From an uncultured virus (IMG/VR IMGVR_UViG_3300047157_000084) (taxonomy: Duplodnaviria > Heunggongvirae > Uroviricota > Caudoviricetes), in IMG/VR virus record IMGVR_UViG_3300047157_000084: a stretch of 64,000 nucleotides of DNA. One strand, given 5' to 3'. Made by a program: the position numbers and the translations under genes. Below the pieces are notes generated by a model. That model searched no databases and had not been told where the DNA came from. It saw only the letters and a program-made list of their open reading frames with translations. Shown here in pieces: positions 51,460 to 64,000 of the stretch. How positions within the stretch are numbered: the first letter of the stretch is position 1; each line of letters opens with the position of its first letter.

Positions 51460-53879
51460 ATGGCTGAATCAATAACGAAACAATATTTTCCAAGTCAAGT
51501 CGCTAGCGATGCTGAAAAAGTGAGCCAAGAATATGGATTAAAAGTAGTAAAGCTATTGAGTCAGAATGGTTTGTTAGAGATGGCGTGACTTATAGGTTTG
51601 CTAACAACCAAGATAGCTTTCATAAACTTAAGATGTATGCTAGAGGAGAGCAATCTGTACAAAAATATAAAGATGAATTATCTATAAACGGTGATTTGTC
51701 TTATCTTAAATTTAGACTGGAAGCCAGTACCTATTATACCTAAGTTTGTAGATATAGTTGTTAATGGTATTGCTGAAAGAATTTATGATATAAAAGCTTA
51801 CTCTCAAGATCCTTATGGCGTAGATAAAAGAACTAAGTATATGGAGAGCATATTAATAGACATGCAAAATGTAGAGTTTAATAAACAGGTACAACAGTTT
51901 TATGGTCAAAGTATATTACAAACTCCCGTAAACGAAACTTTACCTGAAAACAAAGAAGAGCTTAGAACTACACATGCAGCTTAATTACAAGCAAGCTGTT
52001 GAAATAGCAGAAGAACAAGCTATAAATACTTTATTAACTGGTAATAAATATGATTTAATAAAGAAAAGATTTTACTACGACTTAACTGTTTTAGGTATTG
52101 GTGCTGTTAAAACAGGCTTTAATACATCTGAAGGTGTTACAATAGATTATGTAGATCCTGCTAATTTAGTTTGGTCTTACACTAGTGATCCTTATTTTGA
52201 TGATATATATTATGTAGGTGAAGTAAAAGTAATACCTATAAACGAATTAGCAAAACAGTTTCCAGAGCTTAACAGCAAGACTTAGAAGAAATAAGCTGGT
52301 CAAAGCATAAGAAAAGCTGGTTACTACAATGCTCATCAATGCATGATGAAATAGATAAAAATCAAATTCAAATATTATATTTTAATTATAAAACATATAT
52401 GAAAGAAGTTTATAAAGTAAAAGAAACAGCTACAGGTGCTGCTAAAATTATTGTAAAAGACGACACTTTCAATCCACATTGATGCTGAATTAGAACTAGA
52501 TTTGGTAAGTTAGAAAAACAAATAGAGGTTTTATATGAAGGAGCTATTATATTAGGTACTGATAAGTTACTTAAATGGGAGTTAGCTAAAAACATGATGA
52601 GACCTAAGAGTGATTATACTAAAGTTAAAATGAACTACAATATAGTTGCTCCAAGAATGTATAAGGGTAAAATAGAATCTTTAGTAGGTAGAATAACTGG
52701 TTTTGCTGATATGATTCAATTAACACACTTAAAACTACAACAAGTCCTTATCGCGAATGGTACCTGACGGCATATTTATGGATGCTGATGGCCTTGCTGA
52801 AATAGATTTAGGTAACGGAACAAACTATAATCCACAAGAAGCTTTAAACATGTTCTTCCAAACAGGTTCGATTATAGGTAGATCCTTGACATGGATGGTG
52901 ATATGAACCCAGGAAAAATGCCTATTCAAGAAATACAAGTGGTAGTGGTGGTGGCAAAGCTACAGTCAGTTTAATTCAGGTAACTTACAATTATTATCTG
53001 CAAATGATAAGAGATGTGACCGGATTAAATGAAGCAAGAGATGCTAGCACACCAGACGCGAAGGCTTTAGTTGGTATACAAAAAATAGCAGCAGCTAATA
53101 GTAACACAGCAACAAGACATATATTACAAGCTGGTTTATTTTTAACAGCTGAAGTTTGCTGAAGCATTATCTCTTAAGAATATCTGATATTATAGAGTAT
53201 TCACCAACAAAGAGATGCTTTTATACAACTATAGGTGCTCATAATGTTGCTACGCTTAGAAGAAATGTCTGAACTTACATTTATATGACTTTGGTATATT
53301 TATTAGAGTTAGAACCAGATGAAGAAGAAAAGCAATACTAGAAAACAATATACAAATGGCATTTAACTCAACAAAGTATAGAGTTAGAAGATGCTATTGA
53401 TCTTAGAATGATTAAAAACGTTAAGCTAGCTAATCAAGTTATTAAAAATACGTAGAAAAAAGAAACAAGAAAGAGATCAAGAACTACAACAAAGAAATAT
53501 AGAGGCTCAAGCCAAAGCTAATGGTGAAGCGCAGCAAATGGCTTCTCAGGCTGAGGTTCAAAAACAACAAGCTATAACTCAAATGCAAACTCAGTTAGAG
53601 CAAGTTAAAGCACAAATAGCTACTCAAAAGCTGCAACAAGAAATGCAGTTAAAGAAAGAATTAATGGCTTATGAGTTTCAGTTAAATATGCAAATGCAAC
53701 AAAAGCAAGATGCATTAACTGATAAAAAAGAAACTTTAAAAGAAGATCGTAAAGATCAAAGAGTAAAATTACAAGGGGACGAGCGAAGAAAATCTCAAAA
53801 TCAAGCTAAAAAGTTTGAGTCTTCAGGTAATGATATACTAGGTGGAGGCATTGATATGAGTGCTTTTGATCCTAGATAA
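51460..53879 (+). CDS. Portal protein (many indels)
   Basis: Position after terL; LDWKPVPIIPKFVDIVVNG, YVDPANL, TGLNEARD, Gln-rich C-terminal barrel. Confidence 0.85.
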
Positions 53880-53905
53880 TTTGTTTAATTTTATAATATT
53901 ATATT

Positions 53906-55156
53906 ATGTCAAAAAAAGATGAAAAAGTGATTGAAGAAGTTCAATCAGTAAAAGCAGTAGAGTCGGCTCCAAAAAAAGAGGAACCTACTATTACTGAAGG
54001 TGGTGATATGAAAATAAAACCAAAAGTAAAAAGATTTGAAAAAAAACCTAATGAACCTATAAAGGTCGATATGACTAAACCGGTTGAAAAGGTTGAAAAA
54101 GAAGAAATACCTAAAGTAGATTTAACTGTAAAGGAAGAACCTAAAGAAGAAGTTGTTGTTCAGGAAATAAAGGAAGAAGTTACTCCTGTTGAAAAAACAG
54201 AGGTAGAGGATACACCTGTTCTTGAAGAAATAACAGACGAAGAGAAAGAAGAAATAGTTGAAACTAAAACAGAGGAGCTAAAGGATGAGGTTGAACAAGC
54301 TGTTCAAGAATCACAAGATACAGCTGAACCGTTACCAGAAAACATACAAAAAGTCGTAGACTTTATGAATGAAACTGGTGGAACCCTAGAAGAATATGTT
54401 AGGTTAAATCAAGACTATGCAAGTTATGATCAAAACCAACTACTAAAAGAATACTACAAGCAAACTAAACCACATCTTAATGATGATGAAATTAGTTTCT
54501 TAATGGAAGATCAATTCTCATTTGATGAAGAGTCAGATGATGAAAGAGATATTCGTAGAAAAAAACTGGCGTTAAAGGAGCAAGTTGCAAATGCCAAAAG
54601 CCACCTAGACGGCTTAAAGTCTAAATACTATAAAGAAATCAAAGCCGGTGTTAAGTTAACACCTGATCAACAAAAAGCTGTTGACTTCTTCAATAGATAC
54701 AACGATGAACAAGATGAGAGTCAGAAAGTTCAAGATCATCAAGCGTCAATATTTAAAAACGAAACTAGTAAGGTTTTTAATCAACAATTCAAAGGTTTTG
54801 AATATAAAGTTGGTGAAAAACGCTACAGGTTTAATGTTAAAGATGCTGATAAAATTAAGACTGATCAAAGTGACATAAGTAATTTCGTTAAAAGGTTTTT
54901 AAACAAAAACAACGAAATGAGCGATGCTGCTGGTTATCATAAATCTTTATTTACAGCAATGAATCCAGACGTAGTTGCTAACCATTTCTATGAGCAGGGC
55001 AAAGCAGATGCTATCAAGGATAGTGTTGCTAAAGCTAAAAACGTGAGCATGGACCCTAGACAAACACATAAAACTGTTGAGTCCGGTGGTATGAAGGTTA
55101 GAGCTATAACGGGTGTAGACTCAAACGCGTTCAAAGTTAGATTTAACAAAAAATAA
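53906..55156 (+). CDS. Capsid scaffolding protein
   Basis: Acidic Glu-rich N-terminus, helical; between portal and major capsid; HFYEQGKADA. Confidence 0.7.
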   Translation: MSKKDEKVIEEVQSVKAVESAPKKEEPTITEGGDMKIKPKVKRFEKKPNEPIKVDMTKPVEKVEKEEIPKVDLTVKEEPKEEVVVQEIKEEVTPVEKTEVEDTPVLEEITDEEKEEIVETKTEELKDEVEQAVQESQDTAEPLPENIQKVVDFMNETGGTLEEYVRLNQDYASYDQNQLLKEYYKQTKPHLNDDEISFLMEDQFSFDEESDDERDIRRKKLALKEQVANAKSHLDGLKSKYYKEIKAGVKLTPDQQKAVDFFNRYNDEQDESQKVQDHQASIFKNETSKVFNQQFKGFEYKVGEKRYRFNVKDADKIKTDQSDISNFVKRFLNKNNEMSDAAGYHKSLFTAMNPDVVANHFYEQGKADAIKDSVAKAKNVSMDPRQTHKTVESGGMKVRAITGVDSNAFKVRFNKK

Positions 55157-55182
55157 CTTTAACTAATTAAAAACTCAAAATT

Positions 55183-56705
55183 ATGGGAGATTTTTCAACT
55201 GGGGTAGGTGCTTTTCAAAATCACTTAACTCCAAGACCGACACAGTCGTTATTTAACGATAACTACTTGTCATTCGACAGCGCTTCAGGCGGCGGTACAT
55301 TTGCACAGCAATTTTTACCGGAAATTTATGAAAAAGAAGTAGAAAGATATGGTAAAAGAACTATATCAGGCTTCTTAAATATGGTTGGTGCAGAAATGCC
55401 ACTAGCTTCTGATCAAGTAATTTGGTCTGAGCAAGGTAGATTACACATTGCGTATTCTGCTGAAGCTTACAACGATGGTGCAAACGCTGTACAAATTTCA
55501 GCAGCATCAGGTTCAGCTGCTGCTAACAAGATTACTTTACCTGCTTCTAATTTAATACAAAACCACGATACTATTGTAGTTGCTAAAACTGACAATTCTA
55601 AAGTGTTAAAATGTTTAGTTGTATCAGGCGGTGGAACAACTAGAAATTATAGTTGCTCCATATACTCAACAAAGATTAACTAATGCTGGTGCTTCTGGTA
55701 CTGCTGGTGCTGTAAACTTTGCTGATGGTGAAGATCTTAACATTTTGTTTATGGTTCAGAATACAAAAAAGGATCTTCTGAAAACTCAAGATCTATTGAT
55801 GCTTCATTCACTCAGTTTAGCAACAAACCTGCTATTTTAAGAGACAGATACTCTGTAAGTGGTTCTGACACTGCTCAAATAGGTTGGGTTGAAGTTACAT
55901 CTGAAAATGGTGCTTCTGGATACCTTTGGTACTTAAAATCTGAGCACGAAGCTAGATTAAGATTCCAAGATTACTTAGAAATGGCTATGATTGAAGGTGA
56001 GCAAGTAAGCATGCCTGCTAACCATACATTCCAAGGAACTGGAGACTTCGCGGTTGGTGGTACTCAAGGATTATTCTCTGCTTTAGAAGCAAGAGGATTA
56101 GTATGGACTGGTACTGACTTTTTGTTGACACTGGTGGTGTTGAGGATCAAGTTTCTGCTAACGCACACGTTGGTTTGAATGAGTTTGATAAAATTCTTCA
56201 AGAATTAGACAAGCAAGGTGCTATTGAAGAAAACATGATGTTCTTAGACAGAGCTACTTCTCTTAGAAATTGACAACATGTTAGCTTCTAAAATCTACGG
56301 TGTGCTGGTGGTACTTCTTACGGAGTATTCAACAACTCTGAAGATATGGCGTTAAATTTAGGTTTCTCTGGTTTCAGAAGAGGTTCTTATGACTTCTACA
56401 AGTCTGACTGGAAATACTTAAATGACTCTGTAACAAGAGGACTTATTGGAGACATCGAAGGTGTTATCGTTCCTGCTGGAACTTCAACAGTTTATGATGA
56501 GTCAATGGGTAAAAACATCCAAAGACCTTTCTTACACGTAAGATATAGAGCTTCTGAGGCTGATGATAGAAAAATGAAATCTTGGATCACTGGATCTGTA
56601 GGTGGAAACTATACATCATCTGCTGATGAAATGGTTGTTAACTTCTTATCAGAAAGATGTTTATGTGTACAAGCTGCGAATAACTTCGTATTGCTTAAAG
56701 CATAA
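55183..56705 (+). CDS. Major capsid protein (several indels)
   Basis: QQFLPEIYEKEVERYG, WSEQGRLH, WYLKSEHE, LGFSGFRRG.YDFYK, FLSERCL; followed by strong terminator. Confidence 0.85.
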
Positions 56706-56717
56706 CAATTATTATTT

Positions 56718-56753
56718 AAAAGCAAAGGGGCTTCGGCCCCTAGCTTTTATTTT
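56718..56753 (+). terminator. Intrinsic terminator after major capsid gene
   Basis: AGGGGC-TTCG-GCCCCT hairpin, AAAAGC/GCTTTT extension, U tract. Confidence 0.85.
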
Positions 56754-56779
56754 TACAAACTATTAAATTATATTATATT

Positions 56780-57532
56780 ATGGAAAATAAAACAAAACCC
56801 AAATGGGAAGTTAAAGACAGAGTTTATATGTTAACAGGAGATAACTCTCCACCTGTCTTATCAATACAAAGTAGACATACAAGAAGAAAACCTTTATTAT
56901 GGTTTGACGAAGAGCAAGGTTATAATAGAGAACTTAGGTATGCTACAAATCAACGTTCAGCTTTCAAAGACGAACAAAAAGGATATTCAACCTTAGGTCA
57001 TATATTTTTTAAAGAAGGCAGGTTAAGCGTGCCTAAAACCGATAGAGCTTTACAAGAACTTCTATCATTATATCACCCTAAAAAAGGTATTATATATTAT
57101 GAGTACACACCTCAAGTATATGCTGAAAATGAAGTAGATGAAATAGAACTACAAATTGAAGCGTTGAATTTAGCTAAAAAGCTAGATATAGATGAACTAG
57201 AGGCAATATTAAGAGTTGAAAAAGGAAATAAAGTTGGTAAAATGTCTACTAAAGAAATAAAAAGAGACACTTTAGTTTATGCTAAAAATAATCCTGAAGC
57301 TTTTATACAACTAGCATCAGATGATAACGTCCAATTAAGAAATATTGGTGTTAAATCTGTAGAAGCTGGAATTATTAAACTTTCAAGTGACAATAGATCG
57401 TTTACTTGGGGCAACGGAAGAAAGTTATTTACCGTGCCATTTGATGAAAACCCTTACTCAGCACTAGCTGCGTGGTTCAAAACAGATGATGGTATCGAGG
57501 TTTTAAAAGCCGTTGAGAAAAAACTACAATAA
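56780..57532 (+). CDS. Conserved hypothetical protein following capsid gene
   Basis: Intact 250-aa ORF. Confidence 0.65.
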   Translation: MENKTKPKWEVKDRVYMLTGDNSPPVLSIQSRHTRRKPLLWFDEEQGYNRELRYATNQRSAFKDEQKGYSTLGHIFFKEGRLSVPKTDRALQELLSLYHPKKGIIYYEYTPQVYAENEVDEIELQIEALNLAKKLDIDELEAILRVEKGNKVGKMSTKEIKRDTLVYAKNNPEAFIQLASDDNVQLRNIGVKSVEAGIIKLSSDNRSFTWGNGRKLFTVPFDENPYSALAAWFKTDDGIEVLKAVEKKLQ

Positions 57533-57540
57533 CAATCACT

Positions 57541-57580
57541 TATAGAGGTAACCATCTTTATAAGGTGGTTACTTACTATA
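57541..57580 (+). terminator. Intergenic hairpin (terminator or RNA-processing site)
   Basis: GTAACCATCTT-tat-AAGGTGGTTAC with TATAG/CTATA outer pairs; no U tract on + strand. Confidence 0.45.
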
Positions 57581-57593
57581 AATAAAAAAAACT

Positions 57594-58373
57594 ATGGCAG
57601 TTAATATAGATACAGTTTATCAAAGAGTTTTAGCAATAGCTAATAAAGAACAGAGAGGTTTTATCACCCCTCAAGAATTTAATTTATTTGCCAATCAAGC
57701 TCAGATGGATATATTTGAGCAATACTTTTATGATTTAAATGCTTTAAATAGAGCACCATCAAATGATTTTACATACGCGGATCAAGTAGATATAATAGAA
57801 GAAAAAATAGATATATTCGAAAGATACAGACAACCAGTTGTAATGTCAGGTGACGCTAATGAAGGTGGTATGGGTACTATTCCCTCTTATTATAGACTAG
57901 GTGAAATTTTCTACAAATGCAAAGGTGGTTACGTAGAGGTTGAAAAAATTAGTCAAAACGAAATACATCATATACAAAACTCTCCTTTGACGGCTCCGTC
58001 ATCAACAAGACCTGTTTATGTTAGAACTAGCAGTGTTGTTCCAGATAATGCATCTGGTCAAGCTCAATCAGCTACAACTAACAATGAAATAGGTTTATCA
58101 AGATCAATACAAATTTACCCAGAAACTATAACTACCAACGTAGTGTGTAACTATATAGCTAGACCTACTACGGTTGAGTGGGCTTATACAACTGTTTTAG
58201 ATGAAGCTTTATATAATGCTAACAACAGTCAAGATTTTGAACTACATCAATCAGATGAGTCTGAATTGGTTATTAAAATATTAGAACTAGCTGGTATAGA
58301 GTTAAAAGATCCACAAGTTTATCAAGTAGCTGCAGCAGAAGAAGCTCAGAACATTCAACAAGAAAATAAATAA
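57594..58373 (+). CDS. Head-tail adaptor/tail tubular-like structural protein
   Basis: NKEQRGFITPQEFN..ANQAQ; position in podovirus-type tail block. Confidence 0.6.
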   Translation: MAVNIDTVYQRVLAIANKEQRGFITPQEFNLFANQAQMDIFEQYFYDLNALNRAPSNDFTYADQVDIIEEKIDIFERYRQPVVMSGDANEGGMGTIPSYYRLGEIFYKCKGGYVEVEKISQNEIHHIQNSPLTAPSSTRPVYVRTSSVVPDNASGQAQSATTNNEIGLSRSIQIYPETITTNVVCNYIARPTTVEWAYTTVLDEALYNANNSQDFELHQSDESELVIKILELAGIELKDPQVYQVAAAEEAQNIQQENK

Positions 58374-58375
58374 CT

Positions 58376-59485
58376 ATGCCATTATTTGAAGGAACACAAC
58401 AACAGTATTACGGAACACAGACGTTTACCCAATCAGGTTCAAACTCAAACCCCACATATACGCTATCATTTCCAGTAGATAACACTGTAATGAATACGTT
58501 AGGTACTATGCCTACGTCTAGCGGTGAATTTACTGTTACTCAAAATGGTTTAGCTGTAACTGGATTTACTTATAACCCTACGACTTATGTTGTAACTTTA
58601 GGTCAAGCGGCTGCAGATGGTGATATTATATTAATAAGTATAATAAACCCTGAATATGGTAACTATCAATTTATATCTTTACAAACAATAATAAATAACT
58701 TCATGATAAGTTATGTTGGTAGTAACAAAATAATACCTAAAGTAAGAAAAGCAGATGTAGCTTTCCACGCTCAAAGAGCTATACAGGAATTGAGTTATGA
58801 TACATTTAAATCTACAAAATCACAAGAAGTAGAAATAGGTCCTTCGTTAAAAATGCCTTTACCTCACGATTATGTTAACTACGTTAAAGTTTGTTATATT
58901 GACTCTGACGGTATAGAGAAACTATTATACCCTGCTAGAAAAACAAGTAATCCTACAGCTTTACTTCAAGATGGTAGTTTAGGTTACATGTTTGATAGTT
59001 CTGGTACACTACAACAAGCTAGTGATTCAGAAACATGGACTAGATACAGTAGTAATAGCTCTGATGAAGATTCGAGCGATACATACAGTAAAAACGACGA
59101 TGATTTTGATAATTTCAATGGTAGAAGATATGGTTTAGAACCTGAAAACTCTCAATTTAATGGTTTGTTTTTTATAGATGAAAAAAGAGGTTATATAAAC
59201 TTCAGCGGTGGTATCAGTGGTAAAATAGTTACTTTAAAATACATAAGTGATGGCTTAGGATCTGAAGATGAAATGATAGTACATAAGTTTGCTGAAGAAG
59301 CTATGTATAAGTCAATAGCTTACGCCATAGCAAGCACGCATACTAGTGTTGCACCTAACTATATACCTTTACTTAAAAGAGAAAGGTTTGTTGCTATTAG
59401 AAATGCTAAATTAAGATTATCAAATTTAAAAATAGAAGAACTTACTCAGATAATGAGAGGTAAATCTAAAATAATTAAACACTAA
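58376..59485 (+). CDS. Tail ring/adaptor structural protein
   Basis: LPHDYVNYVKV, LKYISDG, HKFAEEA. Confidence 0.6.
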   Translation: MPLFEGTQQQYYGTQTFTQSGSNSNPTYTLSFPVDNTVMNTLGTMPTSSGEFTVTQNGLAVTGFTYNPTTYVVTLGQAAADGDIILISIINPEYGNYQFISLQTIINNFMISYVGSNKIIPKVRKADVAFHAQRAIQELSYDTFKSTKSQEVEIGPSLKMPLPHDYVNYVKVCYIDSDGIEKLLYPARKTSNPTALLQDGSLGYMFDSSGTLQQASDSETWTRYSSNSSDEDSSDTYSKNDDDFDNFNGRRYGLEPENSQFNGLFFIDEKRGYINFSGGISGKIVTLKYISDGLGSEDEMIVHKFAEEAMYKSIAYAIASTHTSVAPNYIPLLKRERFVAIRNAKLRLSNLKIEELTQIMRGKSKIIKH

Positions 59486-59490
59486 TATAT

Positions 59491-62400
59491 ATGCCAGATA
59501 TTAAACATTATTTCCGTTCAGGTAAAATGAATAAAGACCTGGACGAGAGGTTAGTACCTAATGGAGAGTACAGAGACGCTTTAAATATAGAGATGTCTAC
59601 ATCTGACGGTGATGATGTTGGTACTGTACAAAATGTTAGAGGTACTACTAAGGTTATTGGTAAAGGTTTATGACTCTAATGCTAAAAGTATAACTAGCGA
59701 CTGGAGTGGTAGTAGTTTTGGCTTAACAAACGCTATATGTGTCGGTACTAAGCTTAATAACGAAAACGATAGAATATACTGGTTTATAAAAGCTGATGAA
59801 GCTGATTGTATTGCTGAATATAACGACTTAACTGGTATTATATCACCTGTATTAGTAGACGCTAACAATATACTTAACTGGCAAAAAGACACTTATATAA
59901 CTGGTATAAATGTGTTAGACGATATGTTGCTGTGGACTGATGATGTTACTGAACCTAAAAAAATAGATATAAAAATATTTAAATCTGGTTGCTCCGATAA
60001 CTTTACAACCCATACAAAATATACTGGTCAAAAAATATCAGCTGCAGATTTATCAGCCGCTTCTAGTTTTACAGAAGAACATATAACTGTAGCTAGACAA
60101 GCTCCAATGGGTAAACCAACGTTAACAATGAGCTCTTCTACAAGAGGTGGTATTGGTACAGGAACCTCTAGTGTTATAATAAGTAATGCTGTCGCTACAA
60201 CTTTCACTGATGATCAGGGAGTTGCTAAAGACGCTGGTACAGTTTTAAATTTAAACTTTTCACCATTACCAAACTGGCAGCCTGGAGATATAATAACCTG
60301 TACATCTACATATGAAGATCTAGGTCAGCAAGAAACTTTGAAATAAAATTATTAATAAATAGTATAAGTGCTAGTAACGTTTTTAACTGTATTATACAAA
60401 GTATACCAGTTGAGTTACCTTATGTGCCGTTAACATGGGAAGCTATATTGAGTGAAGAAGGTGTGTTATTTGAAAAGAAATTTGTAAGTTTTGCTTATAG
60501 ATGGAAATACTACTCCGGCGAATACTCTACGTTTTCACCTTTTAGTGAGTTAGCTTTTTTACCTGACACTTTTGAATATTTATCCACTAACGGTTACAAC
60601 GATGGTATGATAAATAATTTAAGACAATTATCAATAAATATAACTGAATCTAGACCTATTGATGTTGAAGAGGTTGAAATATTATATAAAGAGTCTAATA
60701 ACAACAATGTATACGTCGTAGACACGCTTAAATATGCTTCTGACGGCACTTTCCCTACTGAGTATAAGTTAGAGTCAGAAATAATAAGTAAGACCGTAGA
60801 AACTAATCAAATGATTAGACCTTGGGATAACGTTCCAAGAAAAGCAAAAGCTCAAGAGGTAACTGCTAATAGACTTATATTTGCTAATTATCTACAAAAT
60901 TACGATATACCTGATTTTAACTTACCTAACATTAGCATGTCTATTTCTCAAGCTGCTATAACTACTGTTAAAGAACCTCAATTATCAATAAAATCACTTA
61001 GAACATATCAAACTGGTGTTGTTTATATAGACAAGTACAATAGACAGTCACCTGTGTTTACTAGCTCACAAGCATCTAAACAAACAAGTAAAGATTACGC
61101 TAAAACAGTAAACAGTATAAACGTTACTTTAAATAATCAACCACCAGACTGGGCTACACATTTTAAATACTACGTAAAAGAAACATCTAACGAATATTAT
61201 AATTTAGCTATGGATAGATATTATCTAGCTGAAGATGGTAATGTTTGGTTAAGCTTTCCATCATCTGAAAGAAATAAAGTTGATGAGGAAACTTACTTGA
61301 TATTAAAGAAAAAGCATGATAATAACGAGTTTGTGGCAACAAAGTCTAGATACAAAATACTAGATATATCAAACGATGCTCCTGATTTTTTAAAATTAAA
61401 AGAAAGAGCTATAGCAACGGGTGATGTAGAAGCTAGATCGTCTAGTATACCACAAATTGGTAGTATATCTTTTGAGTTTAGGGGGCCAGATCCAGTTGCA
61501 AACCCTAGTTTTGGTGAGGGATTTTCATCTGATGCTGTAATTCAAATAGTAGTAGGTGGTGTAGCAACAGATAAATATAAAGTAGTTAGCGGTGGCCCAA
61601 CTGGTGATAAAGACACTACTGGATCAAATGACCAAAAAGAACACATATATAAAATAACATTAGAAGAGCCAATTAAAACTGGTGACACTATGGTTAGTAG
61701 TTTATCATCTGGTGATGCTTTTGAAATAGTGTTATTTGAAGAAAAATTCGAAAGAAAAGCTGAGTTTTATGGTAGATTTTTTGTAAAAGTAAATAGAGAT
61801 AGTAACTTTGATACTAATATAATATCTTCTTTTCCAGAAGAAAACGAGCAGTTTGGTATATCAGATGCTAGAACTATATTTCAAAACTGTCCAAACACTG
61901 GTCCTGGTGATTCAACATCTGAAGCATCATGGTTTGATACACGAGCTAGACACAATAAAGTAAGTCAAGCTAATAACGGCCATCCTAAGTTAGGATCTCA
62001 CAATATGACAATTGTTTTTGCAGGTGGACCAAAAAGTGGTGAGAAAAACTTTGATTCAAGCCACGGTGTTCCTAATGATTTTTTAGGATCATTACAACAA
62101 CACGATACGTTGTTTAGATTTAAAGGTAGTCAAGCAGACGCTCTAGGTGAAATATATAAAGTAACAAACTGTGATGTAGATTATAAATACAGGAGAAACG
62201 GTAGAAAAAGATTATTTTCTAGTAAACAAAGAAGATATAATATAACATTTGAGCATCATAAAAATGGTACTCCATATGAAGACTCATTTACATTTCCTTC
62301 ATCAGGCAGTGCTTCTAATTATGCAGATGAAATACAAATACTACAAAATGTGATAACAACAGATGTTGAGGTTTTAACATCAGATAATCCAGCTATATGG

Positions 62401-64000
62401 GAAACAGAACCTAAAGAGTCTGTTGAATTAGATCTATATTATGAAACAGGTTTATCTAGACCTATATCACAACACGGACAAGCTCATGTTTTAGATTTTA
62501 AAAACTGTTATTCTTTTGGTAACGGTGTAGAGTCTGATAGAATAAACGATGATTATAACGCTCCACGTATGGGTAAAGGCGTTAAGGTATCCGCTGTATT
62601 AGATGAGCCATATAAAGAAGAAAAAAGAAAAAATGGTTTAATATATTCAGGTATATTCAACTCAACAAGTGGTGTTAACAAGCTTAATCAGTTTATACAA
62701 GGTGAAGCTATAACAAAAGATTTAAATCCGCATTACGGATCAATACAAAAACTACATGCTAGAAACACAGATCTTATAGTTTTGTGTGAAGATAAATGTT
62801 TAAAAGTTTTAGCCAATAAAGATGCTTTATTTGAAGCTAGTGGTAATCCACAATTAACCGCGACTAATAGGGTTTTAGGTCAATCAATACCTTTTATAGG
62901 TGAGTATGGTATTTCTTTAAATCCAGAATCATTTGCTTCGTATGCTTATAGATGCTATTTTACAGATAAATCAAGAGGTGTTGTAATTAGATTATCAAGA
63001 GATGGTTTAACAGCAATATCAGAACATGGTATGAGAGATTATTTTAAAGACACTCTACCAGCTTCAACATTGATATTAGGTAGCTACGATGGTAGTAAAG
63101 GTTTATATAACTTAACATTAAATAATCAAACAGTTGCTTTTGATGAAAAAGTAAAAGGATTTCCTAGTTTCAAATCTTTTGTACCAGAAGGTGCTTTATC
63201 ATTAAACAACAAATATTATTCAATTAAAAACGGCGAACTGTTTGTTCATACTAATGAACTTAGAAATAACTTCTACGGTGTGCAATACGAATCAGATGTT
63301 ACTTTTTTAATAAATGAAATGCCAGAAACTATTAAAGGTTTTAAAACATTAAACTACGGAGGATCTGCATCAAAAGTTTACACAAACAATTATAGCAATT
63401 CTACATCTACAAGCACTAAAGGTTGGTATTGTGATTATATACATACAGATACTCAACAAGGTTTTATAAAAGAGTTTAAAAGAAAAGAAGGTAGATTTTA
63501 CAATCACATTAAAGGCGAAGCTACAACTTTAGCTAACCTAGACTCTAAAGAATTTAACGTTCAGGGTATAGGTCAGTTAACAGCTATATCTGGTGATACA
63601 GCTCTTAGTGATAAAACAGTTACGGTTAGTTTAACTGGTATAGCTAATACAACTAATCCAGGTTCTACGTTTGACGTTGAGGTTGGTACAGAAATACATA
63701 GCACTAATTCTAGTGTAACAGTATTAATAACACCTAATACTGGTTCTACGTTAGCTGCTAGTGATTTAAGTGTTGCTGGAAGTGCTACTGGAGCTTATGT
63801 TGATAGTGTTAGTTTTGCTCAGAGCGGTTTAAATGTTATAGCAACAATAAACTTTACTGATGGTGTTAACATGCCTTCTAGTAACTTGAGTATAGCCTTA
63901 GCTGTAACAGGTGATGGTGTTTTAAATAAATACAAGCTAGAAAACTTAGTTATAGTAGATCAAAGTGACGGTAATATAACACAAACAGTTAGCTACACTG
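59491..64000 (+). CDS. Large tail (nozzle/stabilisation, tubular B-like) protein; indels near 59670 and 60340; runs off window
   Basis: GKMNKDLDERLVPNGEYRDALN start; FAYRWKY; SFGNGVESDRI; KDLNPHYGSIQKL; frame open from ~60346 to the end. Confidence 0.75.

Noticed and set aside
1..64000. Stop-codon reassignment explaining ORF fragmentation
   Set aside because: Fragments continue in different frames rather than across in-frame TAG/TGA; long intact ORFs exist under the standard code; no suppressor tRNA
1..64000. Prophage or integrated element
   Set aside because: No integrase, repressor cassette or host genes in the window

Overview
AT-rich 64 kb segment of a lytic tailed dsDNA bacteriophage, most consistent with a marine Bacteroidota (Flavobacteriia)-infecting podovirus-like phage (no Shine-Dalgarno motifs, A-rich ...AACTATG starts, LKNRRSGFS-type terminase, phage GroEL/GroES). 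Three blocks: (1) + strand 1-11375: 3' part of a giant multidomain virion protein, then an envelope/lysis module; (2) - strand 11481-28401: an apparently complete early/replication arm (nrdAB, endonuclease, MazG-like, thymidylate-synthase-fold enzyme, primase-helicase, SSB, exonuclease, ERF, sigma factor, DenV-like glycosylase, ATP-dependent ligase, many small early ORFs, an RNA cluster) with no recognisable DNA polymerase; (3) + strand 28922-64000: chaperonins, holin, tail fibres/receptor-binding proteins, terminase, portal, scaffold, major capsid and tail proteins. Many core genes are broken by single-base indels, most likely long-read/consensus errors, so their boundaries are approximate. 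Best candidates for novelty: a 125-nt tmRNA-like RNA with Ala identity but no mRNA-like domain, flanked by two further structured RNAs and a tRNA-Met; a 41-nt tRNA minihelix-like element; a TS-fold enzyme carrying the T4 dCMP-hydroxymethylase signature; a 14-bp DNA motif repeated 13 times at module junctions in two tail-fibre genes; two phage-specific promoter classes; a twice-repeated ~46-bp dyad; a tandem GroES-like protein; and a phage outer-membrane beta-barrel gene. All family calls are from motif recognition by eye, not database searches.
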